In this document: piece after piece, positions 9,520 to 19,146 of the stretch
Layout of the letters: the number at the start of each line of letters is the position of its first letter
How positions within the stretch are numbered: position 1 is the stretch's first letter
IMG/VR virus record: IMGVR_UViG_3300017991_000058
Length of the DNA stretch: 64,000 bases
DNA from: an uncultured virus (IMG/VR IMGVR_UViG_3300017991_000058)
Lineage: Duplodnaviria > Heunggongvirae > Uroviricota > Caudoviricetes
Direction: 5' to 3' (one strand)
Made by a program: the position numbers and the translations under genes
Notes under the pieces: model-generated
The model's database searches: none
Told to the model about the DNA's origin: nothing
The model's input: only the letters and a program-made list of their open reading frames with translations

Positions 9520-11427
9520 CTAGCCCCGCTCCGACGACACCGCCGCGATCTCGGAGTCCCCGGCGAGATGGTCTCCCGCCGCCGAGTCCACGGCGGCGGC
9601 GGCGAGCTCGCCCGCAGCCTCCTCGAGAGCGTTGTGGCGCGCCGCGTCTCCGAGACCCTCCGTGAGTCCGCGGAGCCTGTCTGCGACATCGCGCCACGCG
9701 GACTTCTCCTCGGCGGACATGTCGTCCTGAGGAGGAGGCTGGAACCCGGCGAGAGTGAGCTGGATGGGGAGCTTGGCCCACGCCTCGCTCCGCGACTCGA
9801 GGTCCATCCCGATGATGTCGTTGGCCAGCTCGCGGGTCTCGTTTGGGTCGAGCGTCCCGATCTTGGCCAGGTTCACGATGATCTCGGCGACCTTCTCAGG
9901 GTCGCGGGTCTGAGGACCGAGCGAACGGATCGTCCACATTGTGATCCCGAGCATCGGGATGATCACGCGGTTGAACCAGGAGTCGAACTCCCGCCGCTGC
10001 GGCTCGAATATCTGCTCGTCGGCGAACCGCATCGAGGCGTCGGCCGTGGCCCGGTTGAAGTCCCTGACGTCGCCGCGGAGGAGCCTCGGCAGACGGAACG
10101 AGCTGCCGATCTTGTCGATGTTCCGTTCGTCGTACTTCTGGAACAGCGCGTCGCCCTGCTGGACGTCTGTCAGCTTCTCGAACTTCAGCACCGGAAGCTC
10201 TTGGGGAGCGAACGGGTCGGAGCTGTCCGACTCGGCCTGGATGACCAGCACGCGGTGGAAGTTCTCCCGCCCCTTGATGTGGTCCCGAAAGTACGTCTCG
10301 ATCTTGTCGACGGAGTCGTCGTCGATCCCGCCTCCGGAGACGAGCAGGGCGAGCGGGGGGATCGCCTTCCCGTCGAAGTACTGCCAGTTCACCTCGTCGG
10401 CCGCCCTGCTCCCAAGGACGGACAGCATGTTCCCGATCCACCGCGGGAGCGGGTAGGGCTCCCCCGTCTCGAGGGTCCTGAAGTGGATGATCTCGGACGC
10501 CGGAGCGTCTCCGTCTACCTTGTCCTTCTTGAAGGCATCCATGGTGGCGTAGACCCGTCCGGTCTTCCGACTGACGACGCGCGGGTCGCCGAGCTCCTTG
10601 AACCAGACGACGGAGTCCCCCACGGCCTGCGCGTACCGCCTGAAGAACCTGTAGTGGCGGACGGTCGACCATCCGAACCCGATCCGGACGCGCTCCTCGA
10701 CGAGGACGGGGTCCTCGTCGTGGGGGGTGCATCGAACGTACGCCGGCGGGACGTCGACGAATCGAGCGAGCCTGCCCCGCTTGTCCCGGAGGACCTCCCA
10801 GTAGCCGGAGCCCGTGATCTCCCTGTGCCCCCGCGTGCTGCTCCGAAGCGCCTCGAACGACCCGACGGGCGAGACGGACTCGAGGAACATGGTCAGCTTG
10901 GCGTGCTCGAGACGCGCGAGCGTCTTCAGCTCGTCGATCCGCCTCTCGACGTCCTCGTCCGTGGGCATCAGCAACGCGGGGTCGTCGACGGCCATGGGCG
11001 GCGGGAGCTGGGCGGCGTCGTCGTCGAAGAGCCGCTCCTCTCCGTCGGCCAGCCTGTCCTCCGCGTCGCGCATGCGCTCGACCCACATCGCGTCGCGGAC
11101 CTTCTCGACGACGTCCTCTGCCTTGAGGTCGATCCTCGGGACCAGCCTGTGCCCGAGCCCGTCGATGTTAGTCACGTACGCCTGGACGTTCTGGGCCAGT
11201 GCGGAGCTGTTCTCCCAGAGGCGCTGCAGGAACCCGGGGTCGTAGGGAGGCTCTATCAGCCCCTTCCCGGAGAACGTCGCCTTCAGCCTGTCGCTGGACG
11301 TGTCCTGGAGCGAGCTGGGGGGCGGCGCGATCCCGCTCACGTGGTCGGGGCCGCCGGCCTTGGAGAGGAAGACCCTGACCTTGGTGCCGCCGGCTCCGCC
11401 GCCGCCGTCGTTGTTCCCTTCGCCCAT
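9520..11427 (-). CDS. Phage portal protein
   Basis: 635 aa; IEPPY, G.GYWEV.R...G, SEIIHF, YF....IP, F.LP..L.G...FNRAT motifs; between terminase and head-morphogenesis genes. Confidence 0.88.
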   Translation of the reverse strand: MGEGNNDGGGGAGGTKVRVFLSKAGGPDHVSGIAPPPSSLQDTSSDRLKATFSGKGLIEPPYDPGFLQRLWENSSALAQNVQAYVTNIDGLGHRLVPRIDLKAEDVVEKVRDAMWVERMRDAEDRLADGEERLFDDDAAQLPPPMAVDDPALLMPTDEDVERRIDELKTLARLEHAKLTMFLESVSPVGSFEALRSSTRGHREITGSGYWEVLRDKRGRLARFVDVPPAYVRCTPHDEDPVLVEERVRIGFGWSTVRHYRFFRRYAQAVGDSVVWFKELGDPRVVSRKTGRVYATMDAFKKDKVDGDAPASEIIHFRTLETGEPYPLPRWIGNMLSVLGSRAADEVNWQYFDGKAIPPLALLVSGGGIDDDSVDKIETYFRDHIKGRENFHRVLVIQAESDSSDPFAPQELPVLKFEKLTDVQQGDALFQKYDERNIDKIGSSFRLPRLLRGDVRDFNRATADASMRFADEQIFEPQRREFDSWFNRVIIPMLGITMWTIRSLGPQTRDPEKVAEIIVNLAKIGTLDPNETRELANDIIGMDLESRSEAWAKLPIQLTLAGFQPPPQDDMSAEEKSAWRDVADRLRGLTEGLGDAARHNALEEAAGELAAAAVDSAAGDHLAGDSEIAAVSSERG

Positions 11428-11459
11428 GGGCGAAGGCTACCACGCCCTGACTCTCCGGC

Positions 11460-12131
11460 CTAGCGGCGCGGACCGTAGATCTCTCTGAGCGTCTCCCTGT
11501 CGGCGTCCGTCAGCCTGCCTATCGGGGTCGGGCTCTCTAGCACGTCTACCGTCCGCCAGAACATGAGCGAGCTCTCGAAGTCGTCGTGGGCGAGCCCGGC
11601 GACGTGCCCCAGCTCGTGGAGGATGATGCGGTGCGCCGTGACGACGTCGCCGACGTTGCGGACGGTGACGCCGGCCGACTCGACGAGACCGTCTCCGCGA
11701 CGAAGGGCGTGGGAGCACTCCCCCGGGGAGCTCCCGTCCTCCGATGCGACGTTCGCGGTGAGGAACACGTTCGGAGCCGAGTCTCCGTCGGAGTGGACGA
11801 CGAACAGGTCGAATCCGAGCTGGGCGTTGAAGTCGTCCACCGCTCTCTCGACGTCTCCGCGCCCGACGGTGCCCTCCGATGCCAGAGCGACGTGGACGGA
11901 CAGCGGAAGAGCGTCGCGCGGCCAGCGGACTTCGTGCGGATCGGCGCACGGATGGCTCGACGCCGATCCTTCTACGTCTGTCGTGTAGACGGCGCGGCCC
12001 CCGACCTGGCACGCACTGAGCAGCCCGGCCTCGCTGTGGGTGGCCACCGCGTACCCGATCAGCGCGGCGGCGGTGACGGCTATCGCAGCTGCGGCTCCTA
12101 CGGTGGCCCAGACGGCCCATCGCTTCTGCAT
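11460..12131 (-). CDS. Matrixin-like (metzincin) zinc metalloprotease with N-terminal membrane anchor
   Basis: HELGHVAGLAH (HExxHxxGxxH) plus SLM Met-turn; hydrophobic N-terminus. Confidence 0.85.
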   Translation of the reverse strand: MQKRWAVWATVGAAAAIAVTAAALIGYAVATHSEAGLLSACQVGGRAVYTTDVEGSASSHPCADPHEVRWPRDALPLSVHVALASEGTVGRGDVERAVDDFNAQLGFDLFVVHSDGDSAPNVFLTANVASEDGSSPGECSHALRRGDGLVESAGVTVRNVGDVVTAHRIILHELGHVAGLAHDDFESSLMFWRTVDVLESPTPIGRLTDADRETLREIYGPRR

Positions 12132-12430
12132 GGCTCCTCCTCGTAGTGCGCGACGATATCGGCGAGAACGTCCTCTCCGACGAGCTCCTTCAGGCGCACG
12201 ACGGCCTTCTCTCTCGCCTCGTTGGCGGCATTGACCAGCGCGGCGGCGGTCTTCATGGCGGCGTCCGGCGACAGCGTCACGGACCGGATCGCCCGATCGA
12301 ACGTGACGGCTACGCTCCCGGGACCGCTCCCGACGGACAGGTTGACCTCGCCACCGTCTTCAGGTTCCGCGGGTCTCTTGACCCGTCGACGTCGGCGATG
12401 GGCGGCTCTGTTCCCCGCTCGCTTCGTCAT
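12098..12430 (-). CDS. Hypothetical protein
   Basis: GGGAG RBS, fits operon packing. Confidence 0.55.
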   Translation of the reverse strand: MTKRAGNRAAHRRRRRVKRPAEPEDGGEVNLSVGSGPGSVAVTFDRAIRSVTLSPDAAMKTAAALVNAANEAREKAVVRLKELVGEDVLADIVAHYEEEPCRSDGPSGPP

Positions 12431-12440
12431 GGTCTCCCTC

Positions 12441-12635
12441 TCAGCGCTCGTAGCGAGCTCGGATGGACGCGGCGCAGGCGTCGGAGCAGGCGTGGAACGT
12501 CTCGTCCCATCCCGGGATCGTCACCGTCCGCCACGGCGGCGGGAGCGTCACGACTCGGCTCGGGGACGCAACCGCCATCGCCCGTCCGCAGTCGTCTCCG
12601 TCGCAGATGATCGTCGATGCGCGGTCGTCCTCCAT
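12441..12635 (-). CDS. Small Cys-rich (zinc-finger-like) protein
   Basis: ICDGDDCG ... ACSDAC; GAGG RBS before ATG 12635. Confidence 0.55.
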   Translation of the reverse strand: MEDDRASTIICDGDDCGRAMAVASPSRVVTLPPPWRTVTIPGWDETFHACSDACAASIRARYER

Positions 12636-12637
12636 GA

Positions 12638-14245
12638 CTACCTCTTTCCGCCGATGACCCTGGCCGACCCCCGCCGCCCGCGCCGGGCCCGTCGCGTCAT
12701 TCGGTCCACGTACGCTCGGGCGGCCTCTCGAGCGATCCAGCTCGCCATCAGCCTGTCCCCGGTGTGAGACCTCGGATCGTAGGAGTACATCTCGCCGATC
12801 CACTCTCCGACCTGCGGGTCGATCCCCCCCGCCGACGGGATGATCCACATCCCGGCCGACATCTCCGCCGCCAGGCTCTCGACGCCGTACTCGGGCGACA
12901 GCTTGTTCCTGCCGGTCGTGAAGCTCCTGACGCGCATTCCTGGGGCCCTCTCCCGGACCCACTGGACGACGAAGTCCTGCGCCGCGTTGTTCTCCACGAC
13001 GACCACGGACCGGAACCGCTCGTGCGTCGAGACGATCCGCTCGATTATCTCGGGGCCGCTCCAGCGGCCAGCCTGGATCTCGAGCACCTGCCGATCCCCC
13101 GTCGCTCTGACGCCGATGGTGAACAGCGCCGTCAGGTCGGCGCGCTCCGACCTGGACACGGCCAGGTCGACCCCCGTGACGGTGATGAAGCCCTCAGGAA
13201 GTCCGCCGAGACGAGCGATCGCGTCGGTCAGGTCCACCTCGCTCGCTATGTACGGACAGCGCTCTCGAAGGTCGTCCAGGCTGCGGACGAGCGGAACGTC
13301 GGCCCCGCGCTCCAGGCAGGTCTCGACCCACTCCCGCCGGAACCTGGACTCGCTCTCGTCCCGCGGCTGGCACATCATCTGACGAGCGAACTCGATCGGC
13401 CCGAGGGTGTCGCTGCGGGCCCGCTCGATGCGCTCCGGCGACCAGCGGTCGGGCCAGGTGGGGTTCCCGTCGGGGTCGAGCACCGGATACCGCCGAGCCG
13501 CCCATCCCTGGTCCTCGAGCCGATGGGCCATGTCCTTCGGATGCCAGGCGTTCGTCAGGAACGCGACCCACGCGTCGTCCGCGAGCCGCGAGAACGCGGA
13601 CGCGCGAATCCAGTCCTCCACCTTGTCGCGCTGGTAGGCCGTCCTGGTGTTGATCTCCGTCAGGACGTCGTCGATCAGGAGCCCGTTGAGCCGGGCGCCC
13701 TGGATCGTCCCGCCCTCCGGCGAGTACGCCTGGACCGACGGGTCCTTGATCCCCTGAGGACGGTCGATCTCGATGGCGTTGTCCGTCCACAGAGGACCGC
13801 GCCGGAGCCACGGGAACACGTCGTGGACGACCTGGTTCTGCGTGATGTGCCCCTGGATCGCTCGGATGATCTTCTTCGACTGGCCCTGCGTCGCGCTGAG
13901 GATGGCGTAGCGCCTTCGCGGGTCGTTCCCGAGCAGCCAGATTATCCTGGCAATCGCAAGCTGCTGCGTCTTCCCCGACTCCGGGAAAGTCCAGATCACG
14001 ACGTATCGGTGCTCGTCGACGAGATAGTGCCACTCGAGCTGGAAGTCCTGGACGACGATCGGGGTCCCCGTCTCCTCGTCCTTCAGGGCGACCTCGCAGA
14101 ACGTCGGACAGTCGACTCTGGCGAGCCCGATCAGGGACGAGTAGGCGAGACGCGCCGTCTCGACGAGCGGGCTGTCCGTCGCGCGCCTGTTCCCCGCTGC
14201 GATGATGCGACGGGGCCCGACGTACGGTCCAGGTCCGGTTGGCAT
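12638..14245 (-). CDS. terL: Terminase large subunit
   Basis: Walker A variant PESGKT, Walker B LLIDD, nuclease motifs GVDLA...D, E.N..Q, HTGDRLMA. Confidence 0.9.
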   Translation of the reverse strand: MPTGPGPYVGPRRIIAAGNRRATDSPLVETARLAYSSLIGLARVDCPTFCEVALKDEETGTPIVVQDFQLEWHYLVDEHRYVVIWTFPESGKTQQLAIARIIWLLGNDPRRRYAILSATQGQSKKIIRAIQGHITQNQVVHDVFPWLRRGPLWTDNAIEIDRPQGIKDPSVQAYSPEGGTIQGARLNGLLIDDVLTEINTRTAYQRDKVEDWIRASAFSRLADDAWVAFLTNAWHPKDMAHRLEDQGWAARRYPVLDPDGNPTWPDRWSPERIERARSDTLGPIEFARQMMCQPRDESESRFRREWVETCLERGADVPLVRSLDDLRERCPYIASEVDLTDAIARLGGLPEGFITVTGVDLAVSRSERADLTALFTIGVRATGDRQVLEIQAGRWSGPEIIERIVSTHERFRSVVVVENNAAQDFVVQWVRERAPGMRVRSFTTGRNKLSPEYGVESLAAEMSAGMWIIPSAGGIDPQVGEWIGEMYSYDPRSHTGDRLMASWIAREAARAYVDRMTRRARRGRRGSARVIGGKR

Positions 14246-14590
14246 CTAACCTCCGCAGTACATCCTATCACCGACGAGTCTCCACATAGCATCGTCGGCG
14301 ACTCCGGCCGCACCGACCCTGCGGACGACGACGCACCGGACGTCGATCGGAACGCCGGACGCGGCGGAGACCCGCTCGGTCTCGGAGACGAGGCAGCGCC
14401 AGACGGAGTCTCGATCGTCGGCGTCGCCGTCGACGACGATCTCCCCCCCTATGCGCACGCCGCCCCCGACGGGCCAGTCGTCGCGGCGAGTCAGTCTCCA
14501 GTGCGAGATCTGTGGGAACAGGAACCTGAGCCTGTGGATCACCTCGCCGTCCGGGAGAGGCTCGTCGCCGAGCAGGACGCCGCCGGACAC
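14246..14590 (-). CDS. Hypothetical protein, C-terminal WRL-motif group
   Basis: Near the C-terminus ...GAAGVADDAMWRLVG. Confidence 0.55.
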   Translation of the reverse strand: MSGGVLLGDEPLPDGEVIHRLRFLFPQISHWRLTRRDDWPVGGGVRIGGEIVVDGDADDRDSVWRCLVSETERVSAASGVPIDVRCVVVRRVGAAGVADDAMWRLVGDRMYCGG

Positions 14591-14923
14591 TCAGCAGACC
14601 CCGCGCGGACCGCCCAGGCGCCAGAACGGCTCGAGGTGGGCGGGGCCGTCCTGCTCCTTGACGATGGTGTCGATGCACATGTCTGGAGGGATCGCCTCTC
14701 TCGGGCAGATGAGCGGGAACCCGTCCCTGCCGTACTCGGCGATCCGGGCGCGGACGGCGTCCCTGCTCCCATTCTCCGCGACGACGACGTAGTCGAATCG
14801 CGTCCTGTCGGGAAGGAACGCGACCCCGTCCGACGTCACGCCGACGACTCCGTCTATGGCGGCTATTATCCGCGCGATCATGTCTCCGACCGTCCTAACG
14901 TCGTTGATGTCCAGGGTGATCAC
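14591..14923 (-). CDS. Hypothetical protein, C-terminal WRL-motif group
   Basis: GTG 14923; near the C-terminus ...GPAHLEPFWRLGG. Confidence 0.55.
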   Translation of the reverse strand: MITLDINDVRTVGDMIARIIAAIDGVVGVTSDGVAFLPDRTRFDYVVVAENGSRDAVRARIAEYGRDGFPLICPREAIPPDMCIDTIVKEQDGPAHLEPFWRLGGPRGVC

Positions 14924-15192
14924 AGGTCGTCCTCCATGTCGTAAAGGGTCAGGTGGACGTCGGGCCACTCGAGCTCCGCGGTCTCCGAAACGCCCGACAG
15001 ACGCGGTTCTGGGGGCTCCTCCCCGCCCGGGCCGACGACGACCCTGACGACGCGGCCGCCCATCCCGCCGATCTCCCGGCACATGAACTCGACCACCGCC
15101 CCGCCCGAGACGCAGTCGTGGAGGAACTGGAGGACGGCGTCCTCCGGGTCCTCCGCCTCGACGGCGTGGGACGTCTCCACCTGAAACATCAT
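14920..15192 (-). CDS. Hypothetical protein
   Basis: ATG 15192 overlapping the upstream stop; acidic. Confidence 0.5.
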   Translation of the reverse strand: MMFQVETSHAVEAEDPEDAVLQFLHDCVSGGAVVEFMCREIGGMGGRVVRVVVGPGGEEPPEPRLSGVSETAELEWPDVHLTLYDMEDDL

Positions 15193-15467
15193 CGTCCGTC
15201 TCCCAGCCGCCAGGCGGCCTCTCTGGCGTCTCCGTCGGGCCCGGGCTCCCTGGCCAGGACCCTCAGCCGGACCCCCGCCGGGGTCATACCCATCACCGTC
15301 CCGAATATCTCCGCCTCCGCATCGCCGACGTCGCGCCCCACGACCGTGCATATCAGGACGGCCTCGTAGAGACGACTCTCGTCGAGCTCGACGTCTCGAA
15401 CCCCAGGGACGCTCCCTGCGGCGAACATCAGGGACGACACCGTGAGGCTGATCTTGCGTCGCGGCAT
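15189..15467 (-). CDS. Hypothetical protein, C-terminal WRL-motif group; paralog of 60091-60381
   Basis: Ends PAGVRLRVLAREPGPDGDAREAAWRLGDGR. Confidence 0.6.
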   Translation of the reverse strand: MPRRKISLTVSSLMFAAGSVPGVRDVELDESRLYEAVLICTVVGRDVGDAEAEIFGTVMGMTPAGVRLRVLAREPGPDGDAREAAWRLGDGR

Positions 15468-16531
15468 CACGGGGCGCGCTCGACGGACGCCGCGACGTCG
15501 GACGCGGCGGCGGCGAACTCCAGCGGCGTCAGCTGCTGCTGGCCGTCCGACAGCGCGGCGGGCGGGTTCGGGTGGACCTCGACCATGACGCCGGCCGCGC
15601 CGACCGCGAACGAGGCCCGAGACAGGTCGACAAGGATGTCCTTCCGCCCGGCGGCGTGGGACACGTCGACGACAACCGGGAGCCCGGCCAGCTCGCGGAC
15701 GACGGAGACGGACGAAATGTCCAGCGTCGCCCTGGTCTCCGTCTCGAACGTCCGAATTCCGCGCTCGCAGAGGACGATCCTGTCGCAGCCGGCGGCGGCG
15801 ACGTACTCGGCGGCGCCGAGCCACTCGCGGATCGTCGAGCCGAACCCCCGCTTGAGCAGGACGGGGAGCCCGGCGGCGCCGGCGCTGCGCAGCAGCGCGT
15901 AGTTCTGGGCGTTCCGCGTCCCGATCTGGACGACGTCGGCGTACTCTACGACGCTCTCCAGGCTCCGCTCGTCCACGGCCTCCGTTACGACCGCCATTCC
16001 GTTGGCGTCCGCCGCCTCCCGCAGGAGAATCAGGCCGCGGAGCCCGAGACCCTGAAACGACGCCGGCGACGTCCTCGGCTTGAACGCGCCTCCGCGGAGC
16101 ATCTTGACGCCGAGCCGTCCGAGGTCCGCGGCCACGCCCGAGATCTGCTCCGCGGACTCGACGGAGCACGGACCGGCGATCCAGAACGCTCGGCGGCCGA
16201 CCTCCGTCCCGGCCAGAGAGAACGTGCGGCGGGCGCCGCCGAGCGGCCCGCTCGCGTACCGGTCCGCCCCGCCGCGCATGACGCCCAGCATCGCGTCGTG
16301 GATCTCGCCGAACACCCGCTCGACGACGTGGGCCGGAAGACTCCCCTCCGACCGCGCCACCAGGTCCCGGATGTGAGACGCCGCCCGCATCGGGTCGTGC
16401 ATCTCTCGGCCGAGGTCAGACTTCAGGGCCCTGACTCTCTCCACCGTCTCGGCCCGCCGGGCCAGGCTGTCCAGGATCTCCGAGTCGAGCGCGTCGATCT
16501 GCGCCCTGAGCGCGTCGAGTCCGTCCGCCAT
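15467..16531 (-). CDS. Bifunctional chorismate mutase / DAHP synthase (type I-beta), candidate auxiliary metabolic gene
   Basis: N-terminal AroQ-like [74 protein letters not shown]. Confidence 0.93.
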   Translation of the reverse strand: MADGLDALRAQIDALDSEILDSLARRAETVERVRALKSDLGREMHDPMRAASHIRDLVARSEGSLPAHVVERVFGEIHDAMLGVMRGGADRYASGPLGGARRTFSLAGTEVGRRAFWIAGPCSVESAEQISGVAADLGRLGVKMLRGGAFKPRTSPASFQGLGLRGLILLREAADANGMAVVTEAVDERSLESVVEYADVVQIGTRNAQNYALLRSAGAAGLPVLLKRGFGSTIREWLGAAEYVAAAGCDRIVLCERGIRTFETETRATLDISSVSVVRELAGLPVVVDVSHAAGRKDILVDLSRASFAVGAAGVMVEVHPNPPAALSDGQQQLTPLEFAAAASDVAASVERAP

Positions 16532-16667
16532 GTCGCCTCCGTCCGTGTGCACGTACCGTTACTGCTCGTCTTCGGGCGAGACGGCGGGCGAGACGTACGC
16601 CGGCCGGCAGAACGGAGAGACGGGCCCGGCGAGACGATCGGCCCTCAGGACGGCCGCCGGGCGGCCT

Positions 16668-17090
16668 CTACAGCAGCGCCCCTCCGGTGACCTTGAGCGA
16701 CACGGACGTCGCCCCGGACAGGGTCAGGGCGTCTAGCCGCACCGCGACGTCGTGCCCCGCGGCTGCGACGGACACGGCGTCGTCGCCCGTGACCCCCGCC
16801 GACGACCCGAACTCCTTCCACCGCCGGCCGCTCGCGGCGGCCGGGTCGCGCGTGGCCATGAGGAAGGCGACGTCGACGCTGCCGCCTGCGACGGGAGCTC
16901 CGCCGGCGTCCTCGAAGTCGACGACCAGCTGGACGCTCTGCCACTCCCGCGCGTCGAGCGTGACGCCGTCGGCGGTCTCCGGCACGATCAGGTTGTCGGG
17001 CGTCCACGCCGCCGCGTCGATCGCGGTCCGAGAGCTCCGAACCGCGACGACCGCCCGGTGGTCGTACAGCCGCTGCTTCGTCACTGACAT
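16668..17090 (-). CDS. Hypothetical beta-rich protein (possibly virion)
   Basis: AGGAGG RBS and TATACT upstream; 140 aa. Confidence 0.6.
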   Translation of the reverse strand: MSVTKQRLYDHRAVVAVRSSRTAIDAAAWTPDNLIVPETADGVTLDAREWQSVQLVVDFEDAGGAPVAGGSVDVAFLMATRDPAAASGRRWKEFGSSAGVTGDDAVSVAAAGHDVAVRLDALTLSGATSVSLKVTGGALL

Positions 17091-17240
17091 CGCCCCTCCT
17101 GCGGGTTCGCGGAAAGTATAGACGATCCGGGACCGGTTTGGATACGCCGCCCCGCCGCGAGACGGGCCTCAGAAGCCGCGCGGCGGGCTCGGTCAGGGGG
17201 GACGACGGCGGCGCGGGAGCCGGGCGGCTCTCGGCGGGCG

Positions 17241-17933
17241 TCAGGCGGCCTCGAGCAGCATCCGGCGGACCTGCGTCGCGGCGAACGTCCGCCCCGTGCG
17301 AGACCTGTGGCCGCGGCGGTCGAGCTCGGCGGCGATCTTCCGGAGCGAGAGCCCGTCGGCTCGGAGCTCCCTGGCGACGTCGACGACGGCGGCCTCTCGA
17401 TCGTCGCGCTCGAGAGTCCGCCCGTCGGCGGCGAGGCGCCGGCCGTACGGGATCGAGCCGACCCGCTCGCCGCGGGCCTTCTTGTGGGCCAGGGCGGCGC
17501 GCGTGCGCTCGGCGGTGGTGTTCCGCTCCAGCTCGGCGAACCCGGCCATCATCGTCAGGAAGAACCGGCCCATCGCCGAGCCGGTGTCGATCGTCTGCCC
17601 GCCCATGTCGACCAGGTGGAGGGCGACGCCGCGGCGGTCCCAGTCGCGGGTGACTACGAGCGCGTCGGCGCAGTCGCGGAACAGGCGGTCGAGCTTGTAC
17701 GCCACGACGGCGGAGACGTCCCCCCGCTCGACCAGACCCAGGACGCGGAGCCCGCCGTCCCGATCGGACAGCGGCCGGCCGGCGGAGACGCCGGCGTCGA
17801 CGACGACGTCGACGAGCTCGAGCCCGCGAAGCTCGCAGTAGGCGCGGAGCGCTGCGGCCTGGGCGTCGAGCGAGACGCCGACGTCGACCTGCTCGTCGGT
17901 CGACACGCGGGCGTATCCGACGACGCGGGTCAT
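17241..17933 (-). CDS. Serine recombinase (resolvase/invertase family)
   Basis: GYARVST..Q catalytic motif, KLDRL.R, AE.ER....ERT, PYG, C-terminal DNA-binding region. Confidence 0.93.
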   Translation of the reverse strand: MTRVVGYARVSTDEQVDVGVSLDAQAAALRAYCELRGLELVDVVVDAGVSAGRPLSDRDGGLRVLGLVERGDVSAVVAYKLDRLFRDCADALVVTRDWDRRGVALHLVDMGGQTIDTGSAMGRFFLTMMAGFAELERNTTAERTRAALAHKKARGERVGSIPYGRRLAADGRTLERDDREAAVVDVARELRADGLSLRKIAAELDRRGHRSRTGRTFAATQVRRMLLEAA

Positions 17934-18229
17934 CGAGCTGCCCCCGCGACTCTCGCCGCCATGCGGCGGACGAGAGAGGCCATCCTGGCGACGGCCGCGT
18001 CCGAGGAGTCCCGGACGTGCGACCAGTCCCAGATCAGGTCCATCTTCCGATCGGTCATCGGACCGCGGAGCGCGCCGAACCCGTCCGCGAGCTCGCGGAC
18101 GCGGATCTGAGCCCGCGCGGCGAGCCTGTGCTCGCTCGAGCTCGAGAGCGCCGCTACGACGACGTCCCAGTCGTCGTCGAGGGCGAGGAACGAGGTCGCT
18201 GCGGCGGCGGTCATCGTTGAGACGGTCAT
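17930..18229 (-). CDS. Hypothetical protein
   Basis: ATG 18229 coupled to neighbours; WDWSHVRDSS. Confidence 0.55.
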   Translation of the reverse strand: MTVSTMTAAAATSFLALDDDWDVVVAALSSSSEHRLAARAQIRVRELADGFGALRGPMTDRKMDLIWDWSHVRDSSDAAVARMASLVRRMAARVAGAAR

Positions 18230-18423
18230 CTCGCGTCCCTCTCGGCGTTGCGGGCCTGAATCATGCGGACCGCCGCCTCCTCCTCTATGCGCGCGGCGCT
18301 GTCCAAGAAGAACCTGCGCTCCGCGTTGGTGTGAGCGCACTTCGCCTTGCCGTAAAGTCTCTCGGCGGTAGCGATCCGCTCGTCCGCCATAGCCTTGAAC
18401 ATCTTCGCTGCCGTGCTGACCAT
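18226..18423 (-). CDS. Small hypothetical protein, first gene after promoter cassette 1
   Basis: ATG 18423 after GGAGGG. Confidence 0.6.
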   Translation of the reverse strand: MVSTAAKMFKAMADERIATAERLYGKAKCAHTNAERRFFLDSAARIEEEAAVRMIQARNAERDAR

Positions 18424-18430
18424 GTCCCTG

Positions 18431-18516
18431 CCCTCCATCTACTCTCAATATAGTATACCGGGGGGGACCTGTCAAGAGGAAATCGACCGGGGGGACGAGA
18501 AAGTTCAAGGGGGGAT
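18431..18516 (-). promoter_or_regulatory. Repeated promoter/RBS cassette, copy 1
   Basis: TTGACA(18475-18470)-N17-TATATT(18452-18447), then AGATGGAGGG. Confidence 0.85.
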
Positions 18517-19146
18517 CTACGCCGCAGCGTTGACGGCGCCGTCGACGAGAACCCGGCGGCCGTCCCTGTCGACGTCGAACCCGGCGTCTACGGCGGCCGA
18601 GGCGAACCGCTCGGCGCGCGCGTCGGACGCGAACACGACGTCGGCGATGTCCCCGTCGCGGTCCATGAACGCGCCGAACTCGGCGGCGACGAGATCGTCC
18701 AATGCGGCGGCCGGCGGAGGAGTCGGGCGGTACATCAGCTCGGGAGCCTGGTCGTCGAGCCCGCCGTCGACCAGGTAGCCCGGCCAGATGCTCCCGCCGA
18801 ATGAGCGGGTCTCCCCGAGCTCGCGAACGACGTCGGCAAATGCGCCGCCGTGGGACGTCCCGTAGACGCGGAGCCCGCGGGCGCAGACGACGATGTGGGC
18901 CAGCTCGTGGCGGAGAACGGCCTCGCGACCGGCGCAGGTGAGCCGGTACCAGTTCGGTCCGGAGATGCGGACGATGGCGACGCCGCTCCGAGTCAACCTG
19001 GCCGTCCCGTAGGCGTAGTTCATCCGGTTCGCGAAGCCGATCCGGATCGCCCTGGGCTCGACCCCGGCGCCTACCAGAATGAGAGCGGCTGCACGCCGAA
19101 GCTCAGACCGCGTCGCGAGATACCGACTCCTGTTCAAGGCGGTCAT
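18517..19146 (-). CDS. SprT-like zinc metalloprotease
   Basis: G.A...I.IS, VLRHELAHI, SHGGAF; start ATG 19146. Confidence 0.8.
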   Translation of the reverse strand: MTALNRSRYLATRSELRRAAALILVGAGVEPRAIRIGFANRMNYAYGTARLTRSGVAIVRISGPNWYRLTCAGREAVLRHELAHIVVCARGLRVYGTSHGGAFADVVRELGETRSFGGSIWPGYLVDGGLDDQAPELMYRPTPPPAAALDDLVAAEFGAFMDRDGDIADVVFASDARAERFASAAVDAGFDVDRDGRRVLVDGAVNAAA

